A stretch of DNA of 64,000 nt from a virus. Lineage: Duplodnaviria > Caudoviricetes. Positions within the stretch are counted from its first letter, which is position 1, and every line of letters starts with the position of its first letter. Shown piece by piece: positions 29,059 to 39,776 of this stretch. The notes under the pieces are model-generated. The model was not told where the DNA came from, did not search any database, and was given only the letters and a program-made list of their open reading frames with translations. The DNA lies in the IMG/VR virus record IMGVR_UViG_3300012020_000003, positions 32,001-96,000 of that record. One strand, given 5' to 3'. The translations under genes were made by a program, and so were the position numbers.

Positions 29059-29487
29059 TTAATTATTAAGCCTTGTTGTAGGTTGCTCCTTCATAAAGTC
29101 CAGGACTGAATCAATATAATTATCATTAGACACCATGCAATGTTGTATGAAAGCAGGTAATAAGTTGTTCCAAAGCTTAAAGCTGCGTCTTACTAATTCA
29201 AGATCCGTAGTACGGTGATGTAATATTTCTAAGTCATGGTAACCATCCTTGATCCGTAGATCTATATAACCTTCTTCAGATGTTGTTGGGATATAGAATA
29301 ATAAAGTCAGTGTTTGATAATTTATTACAGACCTATTAACAAGATCAGTACTGAATGATCTTGTTATAACAAGATCAGTACTGAATGATCTAATGTGTAA
29401 CAGATCTAGTCTATCTGCTTTGATAATCCTTTCTATTAAATCAATTGCTCGACTTATATATTGTTCAGGTGTTTGTTTATTATTCAT
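29059..29487 (-). CDS. Hypothetical protein with 30-bp internal tandem duplication
   Basis: RSFSTDLVIT-RSFSTDLVN; taacaagatcagtactgaatgatct occurs twice. Confidence 0.6.
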   Translation of the reverse strand: MNNKQTPEQYISRAIDLIERIIKADRLDLLHIRSFSTDLVITRSFSTDLVNRSVINYQTLTLLFYIPTTSEEGYIDLRIKDGYHDLEILHHRTTDLELVRRSFKLWNNLLPAFIQHCMVSNDNYIDSVLDFMKEQPTTRLNN

Positions 29488-29585
29488 TTTAACATTGTTT
29501 TCCTTAACGCTGTTGCATTTTATTATATAAGTTAATAAAATATACAGTTTAATAAAAATAACTCATTAGAATCGAGATATATTAA

Positions 29586-29915
29586 TCATTGGAATTTATT
29601 TATACACCAGTTAATAAAATCTAGTCTAACTTGTCTATTGATTTGACGATCATCATAAGGAGATCTTACAACTTGTAAGGTGATCCTGACAAACAAAGCC
29701 CCAAATTGATCTTTTGCATCTGCCGATATAGTATGGGATTTATTGCCAGACTCAGCTAAGAACAGCTTAGCAAACAGTTGACATTTTTTTCTAAAATAAG
29801 GTTTATCCCACCATTCAGCGAATATGTTTGACCCATTGCATAAATATGATTCTCCTATAGCCTGTTCAAATTCAGACTTAATCTGCAACCAGAATTCTTT
29901 TTGTGTAAAATCCAT
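29586..29915 (-). CDS. Paralog family A hypothetical protein
   Basis: EFW..K.EFEQ...RQVRLDFINWCINK. Confidence 0.7.
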   Translation of the reverse strand: MDFTQKEFWLQIKSEFEQAIGESYLCNGSNIFAEWWDKPYFRKKCQLFAKLFLAESGNKSHTISADAKDQFGALFVRITLQVVRSPYDDRQINRQVRLDFINWCINKFQ

Positions 29916-30310
29916 TATTTAGTTTCTAATTTATTTATACACCAGTTAATAAAATCTAATCTAACTTGTCTATTGTATTCGTCACGTTCGTTTGCCTTGT
30001 CAAGGGATGTTTTATATTCAACGGATTTATATATTTTATCCATTAATGCCACGCTGCAGCTAAATAAAATTCCCCCAGCATCTTTACTATAATCTGGTGC
30101 AGTATAAAAATCATTACCTGTTTCCTGTAAGAACTGGTTAGCTAACGAGCAACATTGTGCTCTAAACCGTGAGCCCGAATGACTGAAAATGCACCATTCG
30201 GATTTGAAGGTCTCTGAAGCATAACATATATATATTTCTTTTGTAGACTGTTCAAATTCAGCTTTAACTTTTTGCCAGAATTCTAGACTATTTGCTGGAT
30301 TGTTGATCAT
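29915..30310 (-). CDS. Paralog family A hypothetical protein
   Basis: Same motifs; near-identical DNA at the C-terminus. Confidence 0.7.
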   Translation of the reverse strand: MINNPANSLEFWQKVKAEFEQSTKEIYICYASETFKSEWCIFSHSGSRFRAQCCSLANQFLQETGNDFYTAPDYSKDAGGILFSCSVALMDKIYKSVEYKTSLDKANERDEYNRQVRLDFINWCINKLETK

Positions 30311-30640
30311 TGATAAATTTAGTTATATGTGATTTAACATCTTCTAATATTTCTAGTCTAGTTTCAAGTATTAATAAATTCTTTTCATCTGTGTAATAAT
30401 ATGATGGTGGCGATAACCAATAACCATCTATCGTGGCATTCAGTAATTCCTTGTTGATATAACGCAATGGTTTCATCTATTGCTTTAAAGACTGCTAATT
30501 GTTGCTTTTCAATTCTTGTTGACATTTTATTTATATTTTTAATTACCCAACAAAGTTATGGTATTTAATAATATGAAAATGAATAATGATCATTATTAAC
30601 AAATCATTAACATATTGCGAAAATTTCCACAATGTGGTAT

Positions 30641-31222
30641 TTATTTATTAGTAAACGTCTGAAATATTTGCATTGATATCATTAATGGTTTATGGCCTTT
30701 AAATACGTTTGGATTGATCATGATTTTATTATCTCCCAATAGACATACAATGCCCAACCGATAGAGTTTGTCAATAAATGGTTTGAACGTAATATACTCC
30801 TGCTGCAGACTTTGACTTAATTGCAATGCATTAAACATGTTGTATATTTCTCTTCTTGGATATATTGCTTCAATAATTAACTCCAATAGATCTAATTCGT
30901 CTGGCGATAGTCTAAGCTTTAATTTTCTATTTAACTTATCCTTGTATGAATCATGACAAAATGTTTCAGCATTCTCTTCAATCCAATCTAGATCTTCCTG
31001 AGTTAATTTAAACCATTCTCCGTTAAGTCTTTGCTCTTTAAATTTTAAATGTAAAGATTTCTCAGATAGATTCATATTATGAACTTCGTATATCTTTTGG
31101 TAATCATTCTTTTGATTACTACTTCCGTTGATATTTTTGACTCGTTGTTCTGGATTTGATGATAGACCTATTTTGAAAATATTGGTTTCTGTTGATCCAG
31201 TGATGTAGATGAATTGTTTCAT
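30641..31222 (-). CDS. GIY-YIG (T5orf172/MUG113-like) domain fused to RepL-like wHTH
   Basis: FIYI...FKIGLS.NPEQR...E..LH..F...R.NGEWF; C-terminal IMINPNVF. Confidence 0.7.
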   Translation of the reverse strand: MKQFIYITGSTETNIFKIGLSSNPEQRVKNINGSSNQKNDYQKIYEVHNMNLSEKSLHLKFKEQRLNGEWFKLTQEDLDWIEENAETFCHDSYKDKLNRKLKLRLSPDELDLLELIIEAIYPRREIYNMFNALQLSQSLQQEYITFKPFIDKLYRLGIVCLLGDNKIMINPNVFKGHKPLMISMQIFQTFTNK

Positions 31223-31298
31223 TATCGCTTTCCTATATAGATTTGTATAACTTTTATAACAAATTTTGTTATGTTTCTTATATTATAATATAAACTTA

Positions 31299-31721
31299 TT
31301 AGACCATTTCGTATTTCAATGTCAAATTAAGGACTTTTTCTCTGCCTATGTCCGAACCATAAAAGAATAGTCTGGGATTTAAATATAATATATTGTCAAT
31401 TTTAACTATAATGTTCTTCGCAATCAGTCTACCTAAATTAACATTGAAAGTTGAGTCTTTGATATTAGCTGTAGCAGCAATAATCTTGCGTCGACCAGTA
31501 TTAATCATCAATTCATTTGTTTCGTAATCAACGAATTGTAATGAAGCTAATATTATAGATTGTTCGGCGCCAGTACATTTTGCCAATTTGCATATATCAG
31601 CAACATAGGTTCTCATGAACTTTTCCTGAGTAACTGTCTTTTTAATTATGCGCTGAGACTCTTGGATTTCTCCAGTTTCGAAATTCATTTTAACACTTTC
31701 GTAAATTGTTTTCTTATTCAT
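31299..31721 (-). CDS. RepL-like winged-helix protein
   Basis: ETGEI N-terminus, IA.....STF...L..L.. helix-turn-helix, LYLNPRLFFYG; AAGGAG RBS. Confidence 0.6.
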   Translation of the reverse strand: MNKKTIYESVKMNFETGEIQESQRIIKKTVTQEKFMRTYVADICKLAKCTGAEQSIILASLQFVDYETNELMINTGRRKIIAATANIKDSTFNVNLGRLIAKNIIVKIDNILYLNPRLFFYGSDIGREKVLNLTLKYEMV

Positions 31722-32035
31722 TTAATACTCCTTTTATAATAATATATAGTTTTATTAAATGAATTTATATAAGAATCGTTTAGTATAAATTAAGGTTCTT
31801 TGATTATAAGTTAAGTAACATATATTTTGACAAAATACAACCTATTGACAATCAATGAGTTAAATAAAATCGCTATATTATATATCTTAGTATCAGACAA
31901 TATTTATTTCACAAACTCTTTATCAATGGTTTTCTTTATAGGTACCTAGACTTCGTCCAGTTACGGGGTAGAAATATAAAATTTCCACCCATTTCCTAAT
32001 ATTATTGTACTTTCAAGTCTGAGAGAAATAACAAA

Positions 32036-32470
32036 TTAAAATCTAATAGCTTTCCTTAACATCTTTTTTACTTCTATTAAGTGTTTACGATTGTCATAAA
32101 TACCCATTAGTTCGTAAGTTGCAGAATTACCATTTCTAGTTACTGTCTTTGTTATGACATTATCTTCAAAAAATCTGCTTTGACAATCACATAACCAATT
32201 AATATTATCCGATTTCATTGACGAAGACAGTAATGCCATAGTATGATATCGTTTCGTAACTTGTATTACTAAACCAGGATGCTGTAAACCACTTACAAAT
32301 ATAACATCTCCAATCCTTAATTTATCTGTAGCTATTTCAGGTTTAATCTGAACTTTAGAGATCAAAGCTTTAATTTCAGCATTGGTCCAACTATCCTTAA
32401 TATCAATTATATCTTTGATAATTTTATTTTTTTGGGTCATTGGAAGTACGTGGATGTCTTGAAGTGTCAT
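32036..32470 (-). CDS. Hypothetical protein
   Basis: 144-aa ORF. Confidence 0.6.
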   Translation of the reverse strand: MTLQDIHVLPMTQKNKIIKDIIDIKDSWTNAEIKALISKVQIKPEIATDKLRIGDVIFVSGLQHPGLVIQVTKRYHTMALLSSSMKSDNINWLCDCQSRFFEDNVITKTVTRNGNSATYELMGIYDNRKHLIEVKKMLRKAIRF

Positions 32471-32784
32471 ACTGGCTTATATTTTTCAATTAATTCATTG
32501 ATATATTCTAGTCTAGGCTTGAATTCATAGGGTTTGAAATAATATGCTGTATTGGAAGATTGAACATATAATGAAACCCATACTAGGTCAAGATCACTAA
32601 GATAACGACGTCTATTCATCTTTAAGACATATTCAAGAATATCATGTTCAGTTAAGGTGAAAATACAATAAAGACGATTAATTAATGCACATAACCCAGG
32701 CGCTTGCATACTTTGGAAATGTTCAATAAATACATCCTTAAATTTAATTAAGGTATCATATATTTCTTGGTCTGAATATTGCAT
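32467..32784 (-). CDS. Hypothetical protein, distant family A member
   Basis: GLC...PRLEYINELIEKY. Confidence 0.55.
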   Translation of the reverse strand: MQYSDQEIYDTLIKFKDVFIEHFQSMQAPGLCALINRLYCIFTLTEHDILEYVLKMNRRRYLSDLDLVWVSLYVQSSNTAYYFKPYEFKPRLEYINELIEKYKPV

Positions 32785-33584
32785 AATTTATAATGTTGTT
32801 ATAACCCAATTAACAAAATCAATCCTTACCTGACGATGTAATACGTCAAATTCAGGCTTTTTGCAACAAATAATATATTAAAGCCTTTGTTCCTGCTATC
32901 CATAACCATATTAATTTACTACATGATATGAATAAAGCCATCCACAGTCATCATCTTCATATAGATTTCTCATGACTGTAATACCGCGTTCTTTTAAAGG
33001 CATTGTATTAACAGATTCCCAATAATCAAAGCGTATTGTACGCTGGTCTTCATTAAAGGTTACCTGACGTTTTGGATACAATTCTGTAACTATTTTAACT
33101 ATCTCTTCCCAATTCATTTATCTTTATTTTTAATACAATACAAAGATACTACAATATTACGAAATTAATGTGAAAATAAGGGATTTTAACACAATTTTAA
33201 CTTCAGGAAAGACCAGTCTTTTTAAATAGGTAGTAAAAAAGTGCCAAAAACGCTTGACTTTTACTGGGGAGATTTGAAAATATTTTCACTAGGCTAAGCA
33301 TAACCAAATAAAATTTGTTGCTATATATTGTCTACTGCATATAAGACTACTGAATAATCACTATAATACAAAACTTAATTTGGTTTTATAATGTTCTTTG
33401 GCTTCAATAAGTCTATCTAAGCGTAATTTAAAGGTTTCTTTAAATATTTCCCTATGACATAGTAAATGTCCTTCTTCAGGAAAATTTTCCAATTGATTTA
33501 ATATCATTTCAGATACTTTTAGGTTGTTGTACCAAGTCTTACCGAACTTAAGTTGTGCTATTGGATTCATCTGTTATTTGTTGC

Positions 33585-33926
33585 AACATATATAGTTATG
33601 TATATATGTATATATGTTAATATGATAATCAATTAAGACAAGGACATATTATAAAAATAATTATATTATTATGAACCTGTTTAATACTCAACAAAGGTAC
33701 TGAATAATACTGATATAACCTATTAATTATCAGTACTTTAACATAATTTTAACGTTTCAGAAATTGGTTAAAAGGAATCCAAATTCGTTAAAAAAATCCA
33801 CATTGTGGCCCTGGTTTTCCCCTAAAATCCCCTGTAATCTCAACTCAGGAAATATTGATTTTTCTATTTTCCCCACACAATAGATGAACATATATAGTTA
33901 TGTATATATGTATATACGTTAATATG
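33585..33926. repeat. 40-bp direct repeat pair (33585-33624, 33887-33926)
   Basis: aacatatatagttatgtatatatgtatata(t/c)gttaatatg, one mismatch. Confidence 0.85.
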
Positions 33927-34168
33927 CTGTGTTTATTCAATATCAATTACAGAAGACTATCAAGTCCTGGGCAAGCTGCTTAGTTTGTTGCTATTATGTA
34001 ACAGATATCTATTATAGAAACTATTAAAATAGATATAAGAATTGATCCAACACAAAGAGATTCTACGGGCATATCATTTGGTATATAATAACGATGTGTT
34101 ACCTTTTTACCTTCTTGCATTGCTTGAATGGCCTCGACTTTGGTAAGATCTGTTTGTATGCCCATCTT

Positions 34169-34396
34169 TTATTTAATAGTATCTCCTATATTATATAAAT
34201 GCGTTGTATAAAATGAAAAATATCTTGGTCCAGCGAATATCGATGGTTTATAATCAATGCTTTTTACCGTTATCCTATATCCATCGGGTCTTGTGTGTTC
34301 TTGGATTTCCGATACCTGACATGGACATAAGACATTAGTGGAATTCGTTGTACAACTGGAGATAAAGAATATTATTAATATTAAAATGTATTTCAT
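34169..34396 (-). CDS. Small lipoprotein
   Basis: MKYILILIIFFISSC lipobox. Confidence 0.6.
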   Translation of the reverse strand: MKYILILIIFFISSCTTNSTNVLCPCQVSEIQEHTRPDGYRITVKSIDYKPSIFAGPRYFSFYTTHLYNIGDTIK

Positions 34397-34548
34397 ATTA
34401 TTGATTTATTTTTAAAAATATTAAATATCTGAATTGATAATAATACTTATCTACACCACTATGATCTTTGCCGCATTGTTTTGCTCTGTATTCATAGTTA
34501 CCTATTCTTACTACTTTCATTATATGTTGTTTTGTTGCTGTGAAAAAT

Positions 34549-34935
34549 TTACAATAAGCCCAATGCGTATATCAAACCTGCTTCTAATGCAGTTTCATAC
34601 TTATCAAAATATTGCCCATTGGCATCTTTGCTAATGAATTCCCATTCTCCCCTATCAGGGCATTGTATCTCAACTTCCCAAGCTATGAAATCTGTCGTTG
34701 GAGTTATTACTATTGGCGTAGGTAATTCCCGTAACCATTTTTGTAATAAACCTTGTGTTGGTGCAGAATAATTATCCCACTCATTGTGATTATATTTATC
34801 ATTATCTCCATCTTCACCACTACTAAATTGTATTGTACTATCTGGCAAAAAGCAATAAAATGTTTTGTAATCAAAACCTTTTTCTTTTGCTAGCATTGCT
34901 GCCTTGAAACTTATTAATTGTTCGTCTTGTCGCAT
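34549..34935 (-). CDS. Paralog family B hypothetical protein
   Basis: EQLISF..A.LAKEKGF...SAPTQGLLQKWLRE...YE.ALE.GL. Confidence 0.7.
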   Translation of the reverse strand: MRQDEQLISFKAAMLAKEKGFDYKTFYCFLPDSTIQFSSGEDGDNDKYNHNEWDNYSAPTQGLLQKWLRELPTPIVITPTTDFIAWEVEIQCPDRGEWEFISKDANGQYFDKYETALEAGLIYALGLL

Positions 34936-35291
34936 ATTTTTATTAATTTTTTAAGACATTCTAATTCTGCTTCTTCGTAGATTTTATAATTACCTATTAT
35001 TGAAATACTGTGTTTTTCTTGGTGTATTCTACTTTCATATAAATCCGAATATCCCTGCTCACATACTAATGGAATAATGCAACATTTTAACTTATACTTC
35101 TCTCTAAACCATCTAAATGCTTGTTGATAAAGTGGTGCTGCTACAGAATTTCCAATATGAATTTTTTCTTTATTTCCGTGATTATAAAATAATTCTTTAG
35201 TATCATCAAAAAAATCTAAGCAAGGCTCATTAAAACCTAATTTCTTTAAAGCTAATGCTTGTTCGTATGGTATGAATTCTTGTTTTATCAT
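34914..35291 (-). CDS. Paralog family B hypothetical protein
   Basis: EFIPYEQALALKKLGF...APLYQQAFRWFRE...YEEAELECL. Confidence 0.7.
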   Translation of the reverse strand: MIKQEFIPYEQALALKKLGFNEPCLDFFDDTKELFYNHGNKEKIHIGNSVAAPLYQQAFRWFREKYKLKCCIIPLVCEQGYSDLYESRIHQEKHSISIIGNYKIYEEAELECLKKLIKICDKTNN

Positions 35292-35295
35292 GACA

Positions 35296-35607
35296 TTAAT
35301 TTCCAATGACTGATTCAAAGTGTTTAATTAGATTATAGGTTTCGTGGTTGATGGCTCGCAATATATTGATTTCTTCCCATAGAAGGTCGGTTAAACAACT
35401 GGCATTCTCCATTTTAGGTTCAGTTTGTCCTGGACCATTGGCGAATGGCTTTATAACATTTGCTATCGATTTTAATCTAATTACATTCTCTTGGGCATTA
35501 GCATTTTCATTGGAGATACTTTCTATAATTCTTATGAATTCAGGTCTATCATCCGTACATGGGCTTCCCGTCAGTGTTGTCATCTTTTGTGCTTCTTCTG
35601 TGTACAT
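35296..35607 (-). CDS. Hypothetical protein
   Basis: 103-aa ORF. Confidence 0.55.
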   Translation of the reverse strand: MYTEEAQKMTTLTGSPCTDDRPEFIRIIESISNENANAQENVIRLKSIANVIKPFANGPGQTEPKMENASCLTDLLWEEINILRAINHETYNLIKHFESVIGN

Positions 35608-35742
35608 TTTATTTGATTTATTATAAGGTGTTTAAATATCGTTTTGACTCTATCCAAAAGAGTTCTATACCTTGCGCTACTCGACTATCTGGAATATCCC
35701 CTACTTTAATATTTTCGACAATTATGTTGCCGTTAGTTGTTG

Positions 35743-36909
35743 TCATTTCTTGATATTATTTTTAACTATTTCTGTTAATTCATTTGCTAACTTAGTTAAT
35801 GCCAGCGCAGAATTATCTTGAATATACTTACCAAAAACGGGCAACATTTCATTGACGCTTAAGCAAGGTTTATTTAGTAATATGTATGATTCTGCGCTTT
35901 CTTTGGTTGAAAAAGTTTTGCACGTTCTGGGATTTGTATAAGATCCCCAGCTGGTCTCTGTCGGGCAAACAAATGGCCCTTTATATACCAAATCACCTAT
36001 TATCACTGAGTGATAAGTATCACCTGCGAAAACTAATACTCCATCGTATGTTGTGAACATTGGAGTTACTTTGTTTAAGTGTTCTAAGTTTATCCATTTT
36101 CCCAAGCCTGGATGGTCATGGACAAATGTCAATTTGCCCGTGCCTTTATCTGCAGGGGCACATTCAAATTCAATTTCCTTTAATGTGAATGAACCTGAGT
36201 TTAGATTTGTAGTATCAATCAGTTTATCACCAATGGTAAAAACTTCAGAATCCGACAAACGTTTAACAGAGTGAATACTCCATATACCTTTACTAAGTTG
36301 ATTTAAAGCATGATCTGCAGACCATCCACCATACATACCATTATGTTGTAGATTGGCGAACCAATGATCATTCCCAGGAATCTTAAAACTCAATATTTCA
36401 TAACTTTTAGACTTAACTACATCACGAAGCAACTCTACGATTTGGTTTTCACGGCTTCTTACCAAAATCGTATCAACCGATGAAATGAATAAATTATCAA
36501 TTGAAAAAGGAGAATAATGGCATTCACCATTATATTTTACAATATCACCAATGGTAAAAATCTCGCCATCGGACATGCGTTTAACGGAATGTATAATAAT
36601 TTTGTGGTCTGGCCACTCAAGTTCAAGTTCATCGATAGTTCGATATTTTGGCAGACCGTCACCAGACCACAAATATTTGCCATCTTTATATGAATCCGAT
36701 GGCTTACCATCTTTTCCTACTCTAACCGATACTATCTCATACCTATTATCTATGATCAGCTGCCAAAATTTTGGATTAGACTCAACATATTCCTTGGAAT
36801 AAAATGCTTTATTGTCTACGCAATACATGCCAGTTTCTCGATAAAAACTGGCAATCTTTCCTAAATCAGGAGATCCCGGATAGGTTTCAATTAATTTATA
36901 TTGTTTCAT
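35743..36909 (-). CDS. Repeat-module hypothetical protein
   Basis: Two YEI.S...IHSVKR.SD.E.FTIGD modules. Confidence 0.75.
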   Translation of the reverse strand: MKQYKLIETYPGSPDLGKIASFYRETGMYCVDNKAFYSKEYVESNPKFWQLIIDNRYEIVSVRVGKDGKPSDSYKDGKYLWSGDGLPKYRTIDELELEWPDHKIIIHSVKRMSDGEIFTIGDIVKYNGECHYSPFSIDNLFISSVDTILVRSRENQIVELLRDVVKSKSYEILSFKIPGNDHWFANLQHNGMYGGWSADHALNQLSKGIWSIHSVKRLSDSEVFTIGDKLIDTTNLNSGSFTLKEIEFECAPADKGTGKLTFVHDHPGLGKWINLEHLNKVTPMFTTYDGVLVFAGDTYHSVIIGDLVYKGPFVCPTETSWGSYTNPRTCKTFSTKESAESYILLNKPCLSVNEMLPVFGKYIQDNSALALTKLANELTEIVKNNIKK

Positions 36910-37025
36910 TTTATTGAATTTCTGTTAAAGGTTTTTCTTTGATTAATCGTAAGTTATCTATTCGCACCGATTCAGTATTATCGAAAGAATGCTTGCCATT
37001 TAAAAGTCGTTCGATTAATTTTAAA

Positions 37026-37277
37026 TTAAGAAAAAACGTTTTCTTTATCTTTTGTATGGGCAAAAGCAATTCTAAATAAATTTAAAATCCCGTGTGTTTG
37101 TGTTTTATGGAGTCCGTCAATTTCCAACTGCTTCAATTCTATGGCTCTCTTAGAATTATTCTCAATTAATGCGTTCGATGCTTCAAGATCCACCACTCGG
37201 GCTTGTAATTGAGTAAGACGAATCTGATCTTTATTCCAATCATCATATTTTATAGTGACGGTTTCGGGCTTACTCAT
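37026..37277 (-). CDS. Coiled-coil hypothetical protein
   Basis: ORF track. Confidence 0.55.
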   Translation of the reverse strand: MSKPETVTIKYDDWNKDQIRLTQLQARVVDLEASNALIENNSKRAIELKQLEIDGLHKTQTHGILNLFRIAFAHTKDKENVFS

Positions 37278-37639
37278 TTATTTACGAATGTTTTTAATTT
37301 AGTGATAAGACCATATACATCCTCGGTATTTGGCATATTTAATGTCCTGGCCATATAATCCATTTTACTTAACATGTCATCATTTACTCTAGAGAGTATG
37401 TCATCAAATTCTTCAACTATTCTAGCATTGGCAAACTCAGGATGTATTTTGTATTTTATATGGGCAAGATGCATAATTTCCAGGAAGTTTGGATCAGCAT
37501 CTTCTGGTCCAGGCGTATAGCATATTCTTATTGGTGCTCCTTGTTTATACGCACCAAAGCCATTGGTGTTTTTCATAGATTGATAAAACTGGTACCAGGT
37601 TTTAAATTGTGGTGGCAATTCATTTAATTTCATAAGCAT
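37274..37639 (-). CDS. Hypothetical protein
   Basis: Coupled ORF. Confidence 0.6.
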   Translation of the reverse strand: MLMKLNELPPQFKTWYQFYQSMKNTNGFGAYKQGAPIRICYTPGPEDADPNFLEIMHLAHIKYKIHPEFANARIVEEFDDILSRVNDDMLSKMDYMARTLNMPNTEDVYGLITKLKTFVNK

Positions 37640-38499
37640 TATTTTATTGAGTTCTTTTTAAATTGTTCAACCCATTTTTCAACATCATTTTGCATTATTT
37701 GTGCTGATATATTATCGCCATATTGATTTAAAAATTCTTTTATAATACTTGGTATTCTTTCGGATTGCCATTTAGCACCATCTTCAAAACCATGCTTATA
37801 TGTAGTCTTGTGTGGTGTAGTAAAAGTTCCTGCTTGCGATTCAGAATGTTTTTCAGCAGCTTCTTCAAGAGTTTCTTGTTTAAGTTCTACTAAATGTCTT
37901 ACTCTATTTTGACAACCATTTTCATCACAATAATTCATTGTACATTTTTCATCTGGTGTTTCACAGAATGAATGTGGTTCAGGTTCTTCTTTTTTTGGGG
38001 TAATGATCTCTTTTGGATTTATTCTATAACCATCACAATAAATAATAATTTCTTCAGTTATGCTATCAGGATAAGCTATTAAATAAATTGGTTTATCGTT
38101 ATAACCTCTACAATTTCCATTATCACAAAACTGTTGCTCACAATTTTCACATAATCTTATTAAAGGTGTTGGTATATACTTACAATTTGGGTTCTTGCAA
38201 AACCATTCTAAAAATTCATCATCGATAGCTTGAACACCATCTTTGATTAAGCCAGGGTCGGTAGTTAAGATGATTTTTTTAGACTCGGTGAATTTCGAAC
38301 AAAGTTTATGATAACTTTCTTTATAAAGAACCGTATTACCATGAATGCACCAGTTTCCGTCCTTAATTTTTTCAGTAGAAGTGATATATAAATGGTGGGG
38401 TACGCCCAGTAAAGGGTTGGCATGTAATCTACCATCAGGTGTAATACTTAAAGTACCAATATATTGATTACCTGATGGTAATATGTGTATATTATTCAT
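37639..38499 (-). CDS. Mosaic hypothetical protein with Cys-rich inserts
   Basis: KKIILTTD..LIKDGVQAIDDEFLEWF; ETLEEAAE; two Cys-rich segments. Confidence 0.7.
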   Translation of the reverse strand: MNNIHILPSGNQYIGTLSITPDGRLHANPLLGVPHHLYITSTEKIKDGNWCIHGNTVLYKESYHKLCSKFTESKKIILTTDPGLIKDGVQAIDDEFLEWFCKNPNCKYIPTPLIRLCENCEQQFCDNGNCRGYNDKPIYLIAYPDSITEEIIIYCDGYRINPKEIITPKKEEPEPHSFCETPDEKCTMNYCDENGCQNRVRHLVELKQETLEEAAEKHSESQAGTFTTPHKTTYKHGFEDGAKWQSERIPSIIKEFLNQYGDNISAQIMQNDVEKWVEQFKKNSIK

Positions 38500-38500
38500 G

Positions 38501-38734
38501 TCAATACAATATTTTGTTATCGGATCCTATACAGAATATACCTTCACTTGACGAATTCCTTGAAATTTTAGGATCAACCCGTTTGACATCAATTTCCGTT
38601 CCTTCAAAACCTAAACCGGTCTTAGGATCTCTGTATTCTTTAAGGAATTTATCTATTATTTCAGTGATGTGACCTTCATTATAATTAATAAAAGGGCTGA
38701 CTGTTTTAATTTTAATCTTATATAAGGTCGCCAT
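38501..38734 (-). CDS. Hypothetical protein
   Basis: ORF track. Confidence 0.55.
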   Translation of the reverse strand: MATLYKIKIKTVSPFINYNEGHITEIIDKFLKEYRDPKTGLGFEGTEIDVKRVDPKISRNSSSEGIFCIGSDNKILY

Positions 38735-38739
38735 AATTA

Positions 38740-39036
38740 TCAGGGATAAATTTGATACATTATAAATGGAATTTTCGATTGCAGATCCATTGCATTGTAA
38801 ATATCAGTCTTACCAACATAAGTGCACATGCAATCAATGTCGCCGTAATCATCAATTTCTTTTGGTGCCACCTGTATTACATGTCTGTAAACTTCCCAAT
38901 ATTTATCTTGTTTTGCCAATAATTTCCAAAGTGGGTCAATATCTTCTTCCTTTTCAACAAGAATAATTCCGTGGAGTTTAGGCTGCCAACTTGTGCACCC
39001 TATAAATTTCTGCGGTTTAATAATTATGTCGAACAT
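38740..39036 (-). CDS. Hypothetical protein
   Basis: ORF after a minus-strand promoter. Confidence 0.55.
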   Translation of the reverse strand: MFDIIIKPQKFIGCTSWQPKLHGIILVEKEEDIDPLWKLLAKQDKYWEVYRHVIQVAPKEIDDYGDIDCMCTYVGKTDIYNAMDLQSKIPFIMYQIYP

Positions 39037-39118
39037 ATTTACAATTTTATACCACAAAGTTAAATGATTTTTTGTTACGAAGTTAAACTATTCACGACTT
39101 TAACAAATCATTAACACT

Positions 39119-39397
39119 TTAAATGAACCAGATCTTTGCCTTGCCACCTAAATAAGTTTTATTGACATATTTAGCAGCTACAATTGCATCTTGTTTGTAT
39201 TGAAATAACAAATGGTTACATTGGGCAGGTTCTATAGGATGTCTAAAATGGAACGATATATCATCGAAGTTAATTTCTGCAAACTTCGCAGGTTTATAAT
39301 ATTCATACGAATCTGAAATTTCAGCTCTCCATGCTTTAGATGGGGAATCATCTCTGTAGATTATGATAGGAAGCTGAGTTAATAATGAATCATTCAT
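39119..39397 (-). CDS. Hypothetical protein
   Basis: ORF track. Confidence 0.55.
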   Translation of the reverse strand: MNDSLLTQLPIIIYRDDSPSKAWRAEISDSYEYYKPAKFAEINFDDISFHFRHPIEPAQCNHLLFQYKQDAIVAAKYVNKTYLGGKAKIWFI

Positions 39398-39776
39398 TCA
39401 ATTTAACATTTAGCCAATCACGTAATATTATGGTTTCTTCAGTTGATAAATGGTATTTAGCTCCTTCAACTTTATTAGATATTTGTAGATAATACCCATG
39501 TTCCGTTTTTAACACACGCAATTCATTTGATAGTTCATCAAATTTTTCAAAAGATATTAGATGAGAATTTTGTGAAAAATCAAAGAAATCAGAAATAAAT
39601 GCAACGCCAGGAATTTCTTCAAGACTTATAAGTGTTAAAAATCTTTCATACTCTATGTTGCTGATTGTGTATAAGGTACCAACGGTAAGATATCTTTGTG
39701 CATTAATACTACCATGTACATAACATGGTATTTTAATTATTTTACATTTGATTTTGTCTCCTGGAGAATATTGCAT
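39390..39776 (-). CDS. Hypothetical protein
   Basis: ORF track. Confidence 0.55.
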   Translation of the reverse strand: MQYSPGDKIKCKIIKIPCYVHGSINAQRYLTVGTLYTISNIEYERFLTLISLEEIPGVAFISDFFDFSQNSHLISFEKFDELSNELRVLKTEHGYYLQISNKVEGAKYHLSTEETIILRDWLNVKLNE

